Of a DNA stretch of 64,000 nt, positions 36,451-49,596 are shown one piece after another. Each line of letters opens with the position of its first letter. Position 1 is the first letter of the stretch. Source of the stretch: Raillietiella orientalis (taxonomy: Eukaryota); contig JAYWIR010000011.1 in assembly GCA_036172245.1 (NCBI GenBank), positions 3,844,001-3,908,000 on the forward strand. Direction: 5' to 3'. A program made the position numbers and the translations under genes. The notes under the pieces were generated by a model that ran no database searches, had not been told where the DNA came from, and saw nothing but the letters and a program-made list of their open reading frames with translations.

Positions 36451-37329
36451 ATTGGGAACCCTAAACTCCTAATGCTCTAGGGCATTCCTCTCGATTAGCT
36501 CTGCCGGTTTGCTGTGTCTTTCGGTAATCCTGATTGTACTGCTGGCGCGATTCTGGAGGACGTACAGTGAGGATTCTTCCTTTACTGCCCGTCCTGCACA
36601 TGTTATCGAGGTCCTTCGTAGGGCGATGCAAAGGACGGGTACAGGCAGAAAGCTTGAGTTGCTTCTCGTGAACTGGAACCTTCGAATATAAGACGCGTGC
36701 CTTTGCGTAGAAAGGTCAGAGTCCCGATGACTACCGATGTCGTTACCGGAACACAATCTTTTCTATGGACCAGGGCTGACGTCGAATCTCTTCCGTATTC
36801 CTGCCACTAAGTAAGCTTTTTTTACTTCACATGCAGCGGCACTGGTTGGCTCTCCGGGGAATTTTTTAAGGTTCGCTTGAGCCTCGAGTCCTCTGCTTTT
36901 CACGGATTTGCTGTGCCAATCCAGAATCCTCTTGTCTGTCCAGTATGCTTCCAGCTCTTATACTTCTCACTTCCTTGAACCCGCTATTCCTCAGCCTGGC
37001 TATTTCTCTTACTTTTGTATTGATGAGTTGCATGACGAGCTGCCAGTTTCTGAGGGTCACCCTCAAGATCTCGTGTTTTCTGGATCACTTAATTATCTTT
37101 GAGCTTATGGCACTTTCCCGATGATTCACCTTTCCGAAGGCATCGGTCCCCGTGAGCGCTCTGATGAAGGACGCTTATGGATACCGATGCGTGTGCTCCG
37201 TATGTTCCTTTCCGTAGATGATCTCCTCCGGAGGAAGAATATTTTGTTTAGTTTCTTATCCGCATAGAATTTCTTTCAAAGACTTGTCGCTGCCCCTCAT
37301 ACCATCGAGAAACCCTGTTGTGCATCAGG

Positions 37330-37820
37330 AAGTCTGGAAGACATCAAGGGGCACAAGACGGGGTAGACGATCTCGCTTGAAACAAAATTCCATCTTGTCG
37401 TCGCCTGGAGACAGAAAAGATGCTCTTGGTGAAGATTTCATATCTGTGATGAGAATGCTGTCGAGCACGCAAATCGCTTCCTCCCATCTTGGACTGAACT
37501 GCTTGCAATTGGAGCAAAAGTAGCATAGAGAAACGACCAAATCTCCATCCTAACACTTGAAACCCATGGAAACAGGGCATTTTTATATATCTTGAAACTT
37601 TCGACCGGACCCTCGTGACTTTCTCCATGTCGCTCCCTTTTGTCGCAAGAATTGAGAAAGCACGCTGACGATGGAATCTGGAAAATGAGGCCCGTGTCCA
37701 TGCATGGGAACATTAGACACACACAATGTCTCTAGAGACACTCGGATAGGGTCGCCACTCGTAAGAAGTATTTGGGATCGTGACAATTCTTGAATCTCCT
37801 GCAAGCACCGTTTCATTTCA
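37330..37820 (-). mobile_element. Putative LINE ORF1 remnant with CCHC zinc-knuckle trace
   Basis: TSGDPIRV (~37745) lies upstream of FCSNCKQFSPRWEEAIC (~37470-37525). Confidence 0.35.
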
Positions 37821-38659
37821 TCCCCACGGAGAAAGAATGAAATGCACCTCTTGGCACCATTTTTTTTTTTTTTTCCTTCTTCGATCCGGGCTGTTCGCCA
37901 GAGGCCAGGAAGAGAGAAGATCTGGTGCACAAGCCAAGGAGAAACCCAAGAGAGCTCGCTTGCAGCCCTATGGAATGCAAATTCCGAATCACACAAAGCG
38001 ACCTCAAAGGCCAAGCAAACTTACGAGACGAAAGAATGGACAGTGGTAGCAAAGGATTGCTGGCTGGCTAATAAGCTCGCCAGCTGAGGTGTTTTGACAG
38101 AGCAAAGGTAGCACAATGATCGCCCACTTAATTATCAGCACGATGAAAGACTTCAGCGAGTAGGAGTTTTATTTTGTGTAGTTGAATTTAAATCAGTAGT
38201 GAAGAATCTACGATGGATTTTGCAGGTGGAAAAGAATTCCTCAGAACCATGTGCACTTGGAGGACTCGATTCGGCACGATTCGGTCTGTCTTGTGGGGAC
38301 GATGAATAAATCCTCATAAATAGGGCACTCGGGAGAGCGAAGGGCGGTGACCTCGGAGTCAGCCAAAAGGAGAACAGTCCGGTTGTCCTGGAGAACCCTT
38401 TTGGCCTTGACGCTGGATTCGGTGCCTTGGATGAATCGAATTCCCGGAGAAATGCTCTCTGCTGAGAACTCTCTGCACGATTCGAGTCTAGGGAGGTGCA
38501 ATCCACCTCGGTGGTTGCTAAGTAACAACGCTTTCCCCTCCAGGAGGTAAGGCTTGAAAACACGAATTGTTTAGTGCTTTTGAATGCCGCTCATGTAACA
38601 TTGATTGGAATCATGATTCTGGACAGGGTACTACGGACTGACAGTTCGAATATGGTAAG

Positions 38660-39025
38660 GATGGATTTCATACAGCCTCTTAGCCTTCGAATGGGAGACA
38701 AACGGCATTAACCTCACATCCAGTATCAGCCTGAAGGCTAGTAACCCATCTTATTGCCAGTACCATCTCATTACTAACAACATTAATTACTCAACAACTT
38801 TTAACAGTCCCGCATTTCGCTCTGCCTGTGTGGAACGGTTGGAAGTTGCAGGACAATGAATGTTGTTAATAATGAGATGGTATTGGTAGTAAGATGGGTT
38901 ACTGCCTTTGGAGATGACACTGGGAGCGGGGGTGGTGTATATGCGGGTTGATTCGGATGAGTGAGATATGAGGTTGATGCTTTTCGTCTGCTGTTCGATG
39001 GGTAAGATGCAGTTATGAGGCCGTC
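38660..39025. repeat. Diverged inverted repeat pair (38660-38802 / 38843-39025), possibly two LINE 3' ends tail-to-tail
   Basis: + strand AGTAACCCATCTTATTGCCAGTACCATCTCATTACTAACAACATT matches - strand AGTAACCCATCTTACTACCAATACCATCTCATTATTAACAACATT. The upstream blocks also align, with a ~40-nt indel. Confidence 0.7.
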
Positions 39026-40349
39026 GAGAGTTCTGTGGATCAGATAACCTATTGTGAGTCGCTTCCGATTGCTGTATCGATTGAACGAAAGCAGCTTGGC
39101 GTAGTGCGTCTGCGCTAGGTGGACGTTCTCCGCCAAACTGCTTTCGTCGAGCGAGTTTCCATAGAGGCAGTAAAACTCAGAGACGAGCCCGGGTGCAGGA
39201 GAATCGGTTGCACAACTTCGTGGGGGGGTAGGAGAGTCTGAACATCCTGAACCTGAGGGTGATCATCTGCCCTCAGAGCTCTTACCGCACGACTGGCGAA
39301 ACAAAAGCTCCCAAAAACGTCCCGAAGAGTCAAGCCAGGCAGTCGAGTGCGAAACACAGGAATTCCGGGCAGAAAGGACCTTTCAGACGTGATGGACAGG
39401 AAGTCGGGAGTTTCGCGATCGCGACCACTGCAACCTCGGAGCAGACAAGGAGAAAGGAAGCGACTCCTAAAGGAGAAGTAATCGGCAGCTTGGAACACTT
39501 CGAGGTCCATGCTGCATGCTCCAGACTTCAACTGCAAGTGACAAGCTGCAATGACCAGAGGCGAGTGCGTTTGAGCGAAGGCGGTTCTCTCTTGAGCAGA
39601 TTCTGTCATCAGCGTCGCTGGAAATTGCCGGCGCCAGGTAAGCAGCGCCAGTAGGATGCCGGTTGAATTGCGGTGGAATCCTGCGGTCAGGTTGGACTAT
39701 AGACGCTGCGGAGGATGACGGCGCTCCTCTCTGCAAGGACCGAATCTTAGCTGAAAAGCATTCCTTGATGAGTGTCAATGTCGAAGCATACCGAACCATG
39801 GCTGCAGAGCATGTCCGGAGGCAAACGTATCTCGTGGGGGGGGAGGAGAATGAGAAAAAAACTCCACTGAAGAAACATCAATCAGGGATCAGCAAAAAAA
39901 AATTCAGGAGGATCACACTGTAGCCGGAAAGAGCGCAGGAATGCAGAGGAAGTGAACCCAAAGGACGGCGCCGAGAGTCCTTCCGCGTCCAGATGATGGC
40001 GCGGCGCGCTATCAGGTGGACCGTTGGCTCGGGGGCTCATTGGACTGCCCTGAGGAGCAGAGCACGAGCTTTCTCGGAACCGCATGATCCTGCAGGAGGA
40101 AGATGGGAAAAGTTGCGTGTCCAAGGGAACGACCGCTTCTGTCATGGAGCAAAGTTTGCGTGAGCAGATAAGCAGAAACGGTCCTGATTATGAAGGTTGC
40201 CCTTATATGCAGATAAAGATTAACGCGATTAATCTGGAAAGACATAAATTACTCGATGTGATTGACAGTGTTGCTGTTTCAGAATGTTTCGTTGTCGCCG
40301 AATACTTTCAGCGCGATTATTCTTGTTGTCTGGCATGCCGAGTCTAAGT

Positions 40350-40680
40350 AATCTAACCATGGTGGCACCGTGAGCGTCGGTGAGTTGCCAGTGCTGGAGC
40401 ACAATCCACTTGAGAGGGGAAGGAGGAAGGATGCTCCCTCTGGGAAGTGAAGTCCGGAACCACGATCGCGTGGGGCGAGGGATTGCAATTCCGGAGGAAC
40501 CTCTCAAAACGAGCAACCAGGACGGCGGCGGCAGCTCCCGGGTTCGTCTTACTCTTGTATCAGCGGCGAAGCATTGATGAGGCGACGGGAAGCTGGAAGG
40601 TCGCCATATGGGATATCAGAAATCAACGTTGGGAAGCTGAGACGCGAAGAAACACCCTTTTAACTTTGGCTGATCCCGGA
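40350..40680 (-). mobile_element. LINE ORF2 post-RT remnant
   Basis: ISHMATFQLP...SLAPRDRGSGL (cf. LCAPRRDGGLGL). Confidence 0.35.
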
Positions 40681-40829
40681 TGCGTAGAGTTCAGCATGGT
40701 TCAGGGATGCGGAGTGCTTGTTTGTTTCAGGATGAAGCCTGTGATCGTCTGTGAAGACTGTTGGAACAACCTTCTAGCTGACCGTATGCTTGTTCTAGGT
40801 TGACAAACACCTCAGAACAATCAAGCGTC

Positions 40830-41120
40830 ATAATAAAGGGATGTCGGTGCACAGAGATTCGCAGGGAGCACTCCCTGGACATGCAAGCTCTTTCATTATC
40901 TCCACGGGGATGTTGGCTTCCAACCATGTCCTGAGCTGCATTATTGGGTGGGATGTTATTCTCGGCTGAAGAAACCCAAGTCCGCGGACAAAGAAGAAGA
41001 GAGCACCGACCAAGTTGTGCACAACAGGCAAAAGGATCACATCATTCTGACACCCTGGGCCATCCATCTAAAATAACTGCATCGAAGGGAACATTTGGGA
41101 ACGCGTGCATGCGACGGAGG
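40830..41120 (+). mobile_element. LINE ORF2 C-terminal remnant (second family)
   Basis: 40835-40975 is a diverged reverse complement of 45660-45805. WLPTMS..EEESTDQVVHN resembles a decayed zf-RVT. Confidence 0.5.
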
Positions 41121-44100
41121 GATATCGTTTCTGTACCACTCGCAGTCTTCGTCCTATTGGTCGTGCGAGGGGTCTAGAGCCTCATATCAGTGGTACCAAA
41201 ACTCCTTATGGATTTTCCCTGAGGATGCATCTTCATTGGTGTTCAGCGGCAGGATCTAAATTCCCCGGTTGGGACTGAAGAATCCAAAATAGGATCCTCT
41301 TCTGAGTCCTCGTTTCATCCTCGAAAGGATCTACACTCTGCTCTGCCTTGCTTTTCCTTGTGCTCCATCCTGCTCCACGTCTCGGTTCGGTCCATGTCAT
41401 CGGAAGACCTTTGCACAGGGGCATTGGCGATTGAAATGACGGCCACATTGTCGTTGCATGTTCAACTCCACCGCTCCTTCCCCTGGTGGAAGATCGTCAG
41501 CGAGGATATGACTGGTTACCCTGAGGAAGTGAACTCCATTTGAGCAGCTTCTGGCCATCCTCTTGCTGTGGCGCACTACCAGCAAGACGATGGTGTTTAC
41601 TCTCAACATCATTGAGTTATAGTGCCCTCGAGACGAGGCTCCAGGTCCACCTCTGCCCGGTGCGTTACCAAGGCAAACGAGGAGTTTCTGCCACTCCGCA
41701 AGGCATACTCTCCTGATGATTTTCCCTGAAGATGCGTGTGTCTCCCCGTCTTCCTGGGAAGACTCTAGAACACCACCACCATCATGACGGCGTGCCGTAA
41801 GTAGAGGAAAAGGACGCAGGTGTCCTTCGGGAAGCCCGATACCGGGGAAAACTTCCTTGAGGAAGCAGAAGGTATTGGATTCACTGTGCTGGAAGCCCTA
41901 AGGCAAGGCCTTTTGTGCGTGGCTGTGGTTGCTGGTCTCAAAAGCTACCTCCTTTTTGTTGGGATGGCTGCCCCTGCGGTCCAGCGGGCTGCCTCATATG
42001 CTCAAAAGAGATTCCTCCCCCTCTGGTTTCCGCCAATTTGAGAGGGCCAATGTCGAGTCCTGGAAGATTCGGCGACGCGCCCCAGGAAGAGTGACTCGGG
42101 CGGAAGAGCAGGAGAAACAAATTCAGTTGGCCTTGGGGAGCATTGCGTTCGAAATCGGGGGCAGGGTGCACGCGTCCTCGCCGTCGAGCTCTTCGTTCCT
42201 GGAGAGACAATGTCGAGAACCGGGATCATGCGGTACACAAGGAACCTCTGGAAGACTCCCGTGAGAAGGAGAATGCAATTAAGTCGGAGGATGAGGAGGG
42301 AGGGGGGTGACGAGGACTTTACCGTGCTGGAATCTGCTCTTATTAACGAGAGCAACTTTCGCCAGAGGGAACGTGTCTTTGCATATCATCAATCAAGAAT
42401 CTTGAGTGGCAGGGAGTAATCCCAGGAGAACCGACGCGGCAGGAATTACGGATGTACACTTGAAGGAGTGCATTAGTCCAGAAACGGTCCCATTTTTTAG
42501 CCAACCGATATGGAAACTCACACGCAAGCGGGATGGCTCCCGGACGGCACTCTCGGACGCTCGCGTCGCTCCCTCTCTCACGTGGTACGGAATTTCCCGT
42601 GTGATTCTCGGAAAACCTGTATTGAGCCGAACGTTTTGAAAATGCCGCCTCTCGGGGAACGCGCCGCATCTGCCAGGACCCCTTCGCATGACGTATGGAT
42701 TGCCGAGAGCGATTCTCCTTGGTTCTTCCGAAATTTCACTCCTTCCTTCCAGCCTCCCCGGAAGGAGGAACAAGGAAATTCATTAATCAGCTAGAGTCTC
42801 TTTCCTCTTGCAACGGCGTTTTTGGATCAATTTCGCTCTCGAAACGCCCTTTTCTCGGCCATCGAACTGTGATGGATGAAGCATAGTGATGGGATCTTTC
42901 CTGCGTCTGGCAGTGGGCGCTGTAGGTCCTCCATCAGGGATGGACACTTTCAGAGGTGGTCGGCTCACATTAGGAGGGTGAGTCCAGGGGAACTGCCGAA
43001 GCGCAGGACTTCAGGGTCCAGGGAAGCAAATAGCACGCAACCTCTAGAGCGTGGAAACACCTCGTCACCGATTGCAGCCACGGAGGAGACGAGACCACCC
43101 CCATGCTGACGAGGGAGGCGAGGTGGCGACACCTGGAAACAAGAAGGAAGAGAAACGAACCTCGATCTACAAGAAAGGAGAGAGCGGGCGATGATATCCC
43201 TCTTGATTCCTCCCTGAATTTACTTTTCTTCTGTATTCATGTCAGCAGGGAGTACGGACCGGAAGCCCACCCGAGAGCTGGTGACCATCCGAGGACTTCA
43301 AAAGGCTCGGATGGTCACCGACTCTTTACACAGCATGCTTATTGGGTGTCCATGCTTGCGATGATCACTCTGACGTCACGCTCCCATGACAGATGGCTAC
43401 GTATTTTCCGAAATAGGAAACTCTTACCACTGCCGCAGCCTCCGATCAGTTGGCATTTCGAGAATAACTTGGCGTCCAAGTTTTCTTGCCGACGGGCGGA
43501 CGCTGTGGAAACAGCGGAACAGAATTGCTTCCATTTTTCTCTCTTGCTTCCCAAATAAAGCGGAAAAATCCATGGATGTTGCGAGACAAGGAGGAACGTG
43601 GAAGCAAAGGTTTGTTTTCCGAAATGTCCGCAACCCCCAAGAAGCCGGATCGAGAAGAGCATCCCCACTCGAGCACACTCGGGAGGAAGAACGCCACCGG
43701 AACTCGAACCCGCCCCCATGACTTTGGTGATGGGTTTCCGGGTCAGGCCGGTGCAGACTTCAACGCGGACGCTCTGCGTTCGCGCGTTCAGACGCGCGAC
43801 CTTTTGGCCCACGCCTCTGTGCTCTGCGGTGCACACGACCTTACTCGTTGATAAACTTGCGTTGGAAATTTCCTCTGCGTGCCCCTACAACATGGCATCG
43901 AGCAGCCACTCTTCAAGACCCTTACTGAGCCTCACAACATAGCTGGTTGTGGAACCAATCTCTTCTTCCAAATCGAGTTCCTAACCGATGTTCAGGGTGC
44001 GCGGAGCTTGGTGTAGGCAGCGGTGCGTCGAGTAGACGTTCCTGTTGTAGTTGTTGGATGATGTTGTGAGGCTGCTCGTATGGTTGGCGTAGACAACCAG

Positions 44101-44369
44101 CTCTTGGGGTGCTGGGCTCGCTGCAGTCGGACCATCGACCCTAATTAACCCACGAGGATCACATGCCCTGGCATGGAGATCCTCTTGGAAGAAATCTGGA
44201 AAGCAATATCATGACGTATCTCACGCGTGGAATCAAGATCTCTTCCTTCGCGGCAAGGGGAGGGAACAGTAGAAGAGAGTCCACGCCTGGCATCTCTGAA
44301 AACGGGATTCCGACCCCGCTTCTCAAGTGATGACTTCGTATCTTCCGTATGGCGTCTTGGGGTGCCGTT

Positions 44370-44720
44370 GAAAATCTGCAATGCGTTATTGTATTAACAG
44401 ACGTGGATGCCTGCGGAAGTGACTAAGGATGTGGGAAAGCGACTGGTCCCATGTCACACATCTGCAACACGTTCGATCTTAGCCTCATTTTTCGGCATCT
44501 CCTTTCATGTTTAATAGGTTTGACCACTCGGCATGCGTGAGTTTGCAAATCTTACATTGCTGGGAAGTGGGAAGTGTGATGGCGAGAGATGTGATCCCAT
44601 TCTGGGCGTGGGTTTTCTTTGTCTTCCATAGTTTCCAATAAGAGTTGTTGCTCAGGGTTGCTTTCACACCGGAAGCATTATTCCTCCTTTCTGCCATTAA
44701 GAGTGCCATTTACAGCTATC
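44370..44720 (-). mobile_element. R2/NeSL/Utopia-type (RLE-clade) non-LTR retrotransposon C-terminal remnant
   Basis: YWKLWK..AQNGI, LTHAEWSNLLNM, then DRTCCRCVTWDQSLSHILSH and a degenerate RHN-like motif. This corresponds to the CRxC....ExLxHIL..C zinc knuckle that precedes the restriction-like endonuclease. Confidence 0.5.
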
Positions 44721-45239
44721 AGCGGGAAGTATCAGCCGGCGAAAAACCATGTTTTCTTCAGTCTCAGTGGCTTTCTGTCGCCGCCCCGCATACTTTTCAT
44801 GACGCTGAATAACGAGTGAAGTTTTCAGGCGCTTACCCAGGAGTGCAATCCTCTGCGTTCCCATAAGAAACTGGTGCTGAAATATTCTTTTTCACCACAA
44901 CTCGGAGAGTTGAATGGGAAGGCTGCACACCGAATAGATCAGGGGAAGAGAGCAGCTCGAAGAAGCTTCCTCTAGGGAAGATACTGGCGTCGTCACAATC
45001 ATCCACTATCTTCTGGCACACTCTCTGCGCCAGTTTGCAGTCCTTGGAAGAGTCAGAGGGCTTTCGGCCATCATTCACATATCTCTGCCTCAGAGTGTCC
45101 ACTCTCCTTCAAGGTGGCAAAGTTTCTGTGGCTCACAACTGAGCCGGCTTTCTTTCTCGAATAGGTAAGGTTTTTTTTTTTGTAGTTCCTTCAGGATGTC
45201 GGCGATGTAAAGAGAGGTCATTGCTGCAAAGAGCTCGAT

Positions 45240-46900
45240 TCAACAGTTAGAGATGATTAGGAAGCTGTCAGCAGAAGAATTCGATCCTCTTTGGAAGTAA
45301 ATGGACAGTGGTGAAGGCAAGACAATTAGTAAGCGAATAGTTGAGGGGCAAAATAGACCAGTGGCACATTCGTGAACGCGATTCGTGAATATCGACCTCT
45401 TCGCGATGGAGCAGACGCGAACTTCCCTGCGGACTTCCTGGATCTTTGAGTTAGATTCAGTGATACCTTTTAGCTTCATTAGAGGTCGTTGATCTAAGAT
45501 TTCTACGTGAATGACCAACCAGTTATCGGCACACCCACGATCGCAATGCCATGCCTCAAGATCAAGGGAGCTTCGAAAACTCTGGTACTCCCAGAGAGAA
45601 AGCTGTTTGACCGCAGCAGCTTCCTCGTCCCACGAGGAATCCACAAAGGATGAACAGATTGGGGCTCCTTCAGCCGAGAACAACACTCCACATTGTAATG
45701 CAGCGCAGGACATGGTTGAAAGCCAAAATCCCCGTGGAGATAATGAAAGAGCTTCCACGTCTGGAGAGTGAGCTCTGAGAGTCCCTGTGCACTGAGGTTC
45801 CCTTCTTATGACGCTTATTGCTCTGAGGTGTTTGTCGACCAAGTGGCACATAGTCAGTTAAGCATATAGTCAGTTAGAAGGTTGTTCCCACTGGTCTTCA
45901 TAGACTAGGAAAGAAACAAGCACTCTGCATCCCTGAACCATGCTGAGCTTTACCCAGTATGGTTTTGGAGTCAACGGAATCTGTGCAGTTCAGTCTTCCT
46001 TATTCCCAGCCCTAGTGTTGCTGGGTTCTTCCGTATCCACTGAGTTCAAATCACCAATTCCAGGACTGTCAAACTAAAGCATTGGCCAGAAAAATACCCT
46101 CCGTGTTTTCTGGGGGAGTTTTCTGATTCAACCATGCCCCCACGAGGCCACCAACACAGCACCGCGTCGTCCCTGTCACGTCTTTGGAAGCCCCTGAGAA
46201 AAGCAGAGACTTCCAAGTTGGAACGTGCTTTCTAGGTTGCAATTGTTTTCTCCAATCAGATCTTAGGAGAAAGGAGACCCAGGACTTCTCCTTAGCCAAG
46301 GTAACTGCCTGCCGAAACTGGAGGTCGCTTTTAGCTAGAAAAGCAGTCTTGAAAGCTGTTAGTCTTGGCAAATAGTCCGATGTTAGGAGTCTTGTTCCCA
46401 CCCCGCCGGTTGATATAGCGGCAAGGATGGCAGACGCATGTGGTGAGTCTGCACGAACCAGCGGACGAACCTCATGTTCTCCAAACCGAGCACGCTGCCC
46501 GATGAGATATGAATCCCTGCTATGAGCGAGGACACCCCCTGGAAAAGACCAGGCGATCACCCCTTTGTTGCTCAGTCTGTTCTCGAACTGGTGGTTAACA
46601 CGCACCTGCACTACCTATTCTGTTCCTCTCCTCTGACACCTTGGCAGGAGGTCTACGCAAACAAACTGCTTTCCGTCGAGGGCCCTGGTCCATTGAGATC
46701 GAAACAGTATTCCCATCAGTAGATCTGCATGAGCGTTGAGGTCTGGGCTACTGAGTCATCTTTCCCGCGATGTCAGATACCTACACAGACTCCAACCGTG
46801 ACGAGCTGACCATGGACAACTACTGTCGAGCTCATCCAAGAAAATCTGAGAGAAAAGCGTGTCCAACGCCCTGCGGAAGGATGCGCACCAATGGGGATCC
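45240..46900 (-). mobile_element. LINE ORF2 3' portion (second family), decayed
   Basis: STGGVG..LPRLTAFK..LLRSDWRK (similar ILRSDKRR at ~32527 +). The C-terminal block is homologous to 40835-40975. Confidence 0.5.
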
Positions 46901-47234
46901 GTCAGGAGAGGTTTCCAGCATCTTTCGTGGGCACTTATTACCATTCTTACACCTCCTCTTTTTCCCTTCTCTCTCGAAGCATCAGAATAACCTCCAGGAT
47001 AATAGTAGCAAAACAAGCAGAAATCGGAAATGGTGTCGTTTGGTCCGGCACAGGATCCGAGCTCGCCTTCCATGAGGAGACACAGGCAGTCTTCTGCGTT
47101 TGAGATTCACGTCTTCATCTGACGGCATTTATGGATTTGTCGTTCTTGAGGCGGCTATGCAATGCCTGCTTGAAGAAAACTTGCTGTACCCTGACTGACT
47201 CCTTTTCTCGACAGCGGGATTCCGCTCTTTCCTT

Positions 47235-48000
47235 TTGCACACAGTTACCCCTGGGCGTTTATTTAAATAAAATAAACTTCAATCTAGTAAAAACGTCTTC
47301 TAAAGAGGAATGAAGAGAGAGGGAGAGGACCATAAACGCAGTGAAAAGAGGAAAGGCAGGGGCAGAAATCTTTGGTAGGACACGGCTCTTTCTCCTCAAA
47401 GCTGGTGCCGAATGCTGGTGTTCTCCCCATTGACTTCTGGCAGGTGAGGCCACCTTTCAGGATTCCTCATAAAGGCGGCTTTGCTGCGAACGAGACTCCA
47501 TCACGCATCGGACCGTCACTATGACGCGGATGCAACATCTCGCTGCGAGGACGGCACCCGCCGTCAGCTCGCCTTCCGTGAAAAAACGTTCCAGGAAGTC
47601 CGAAGTGTCGTCTTCTGGGTGGCGGACCGCCGAAGCTAGTCTTGGGAAAATATACCCCAGGGCATCGAAGTCCAACAGGAGGTTCGGGAATGATCCTGCC
47701 TCCCCGCATTTCAAACAGCTTGAGGACGCAAGTCGCCGGAAACCAGGTGTCTGCTCTGGTTGCACTGGAAACCTCCCGGTGCAGAGACGGCAGAACATCC
47801 CGTTTCCACCGCAGGGTGAGAACACTGACATGTTTGTGCACTTAGGAGGGACTGCAAGTTCTTCGGTGGGCATACCAAGGACTCTTTACCCAAAGAGTTC
47901 TCTTTCCCGGAAACGAGGAGTGGCGTCGTCCACCAACTCGCTCGTCTTGCATACTTCGAGGTGTTTTTCCATTCCAACAGTTTTGGAGTGCAACTGCCAT
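47235..48000 (-). mobile_element. L1/Tx1-like LINE ORF2 C-terminus and 3' UTR
   Basis: SSCLKCGEAGSFPNLLLD...AVLAARCCIRVIVTVRCVMESRS. AATAAACGCCCAGGGGTAACTG lies at 47242-47263 (-). Confidence 0.75.
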
Positions 48001-49596
48001 CCCATCGGTTAGCTGCTGTTATTGTTTGTCCCAAGGGCTGGTGTCTTCGCGCATCGTCCTCGCCTCCCCTTCCTTCGGTTCGTGTCTTTAGCGTCCCCAG
48101 GCGAAGGCTGGATGCGAACAGAGGTTGCTGGTCTGATATGTCAGTCCCTGTGGAGCCGCGTGAGGTCTGAGGTGGAGTCGAAGAGTTTGGGTTCTCCCCT
48201 GGTCAGTAATCAGGCTCAAACTCTGAAGAGATTTTTGTAGTCGGTCCCAATGGTAAGGATGTGGAATTCACCCTGAGGTCTATTGATGGATGCACTGAAT
48301 CCTGAAAGATTTGCCTCCACTTTCTCACTCAAATGTAGGCGCTGGTGCACTCTGTGTGACCTGCTCCGCCTAGTGGCAGTGCTACTGGATGACGAGTGAG
48401 CGCCTTGCGGTCTACTGAACAGGAAGACTTGGAGACAGGAATCACTGGGTACGTGGTCAACAGTCGCCCACAACGGAGTCTTGGTCCAAAGAGGATGAGC
48501 ATACGCTTGGTGAGATCCTGGAAGATATGAACCGGCTGCCTAGAGGCCACTACGAGATCTCCGATAGAGTCCTGCGGATGCCTCTTTGTGGAAGGTTTAT
48601 CAAAAATTTAAGAGAATTTCCAAGCAAAAATTAAATAGGGATAAATTTGCTATTGGGATTGTACGTTTGTCCTTCTAAACTCGCAGACCGTTGAAAGAGG
48701 AAGAGCAAATGATGGCATGCCTTTTGTGTACCCTACACTCCGTCACACGATCCGAGGACGGTCTCCTACTTCAAGTGTTTCTTTGGGACGGTTTGGTTCA
48801 GTCCGACTCGGCACGTTCTTCTATGGATGTTTTCTGCCTTCAATCTCAGCCTCATTGGCAGAGAACATGCCAGATCAGGTGAATCGAGCAAGGGGGACTG
48901 CTCCGAACCCCTAAGGGCCACCTCAGCCGTAGAATTGCAGTCATTCAAACCACCTTCTGGAAGTCTCTAAGAAATCCTTTTCGTTTGGCTGGAAGCTCTG
49001 GCGGTATTCATCCTAGACAGTAATCTAGAATCTCTCCTTAGCACATGTCCTGCCCGTTCCAGACGTCGATACACAATTCCTCTCATTTAGTCTTTGCTCC
49101 ATGTCTTCTTCCTCCCTTGAGAATTTGCCTAAAGCTGAACCGAAAAGCCTTCAGGTCATGCCGCCTTGCATTAGAGTTAGCCTTGAGGATAAGCGGCACT
49201 TCTCCATGGATCCAAATTTTCTACAATCCAGCAAATCGTTTTTCTGCGAGCAAGATCTGCAACGAAAGGGGGGAACCCGGCAGCAGCCACGTTCGAACTC
49301 TGCTTTACGCGCGCGGTGCACACTGAGCACTTCAGGAAGACGTGGGGAGTTGCAGGCACGAGCGCGCGAATAGGTCCTTTTCGTCTCCCAGGGTCTAATG
49401 AAACCTTTGGAGCGGAAGCAAGGGAGGAGTACGAAAGGGAAAAGGGGAGCACTGCCTTCAACAACACCCGAAGGAAAGAGGCGGGAATGGAAAATCCCCT
49501 CAGACCTCAATTTTTGCATCTTCGATTTTCCCGTAAGAGCAAAACTATCGGAAGTTTACGAAAAGACCTTTGCACCCTGAAAGCCGTAGGCACGCA

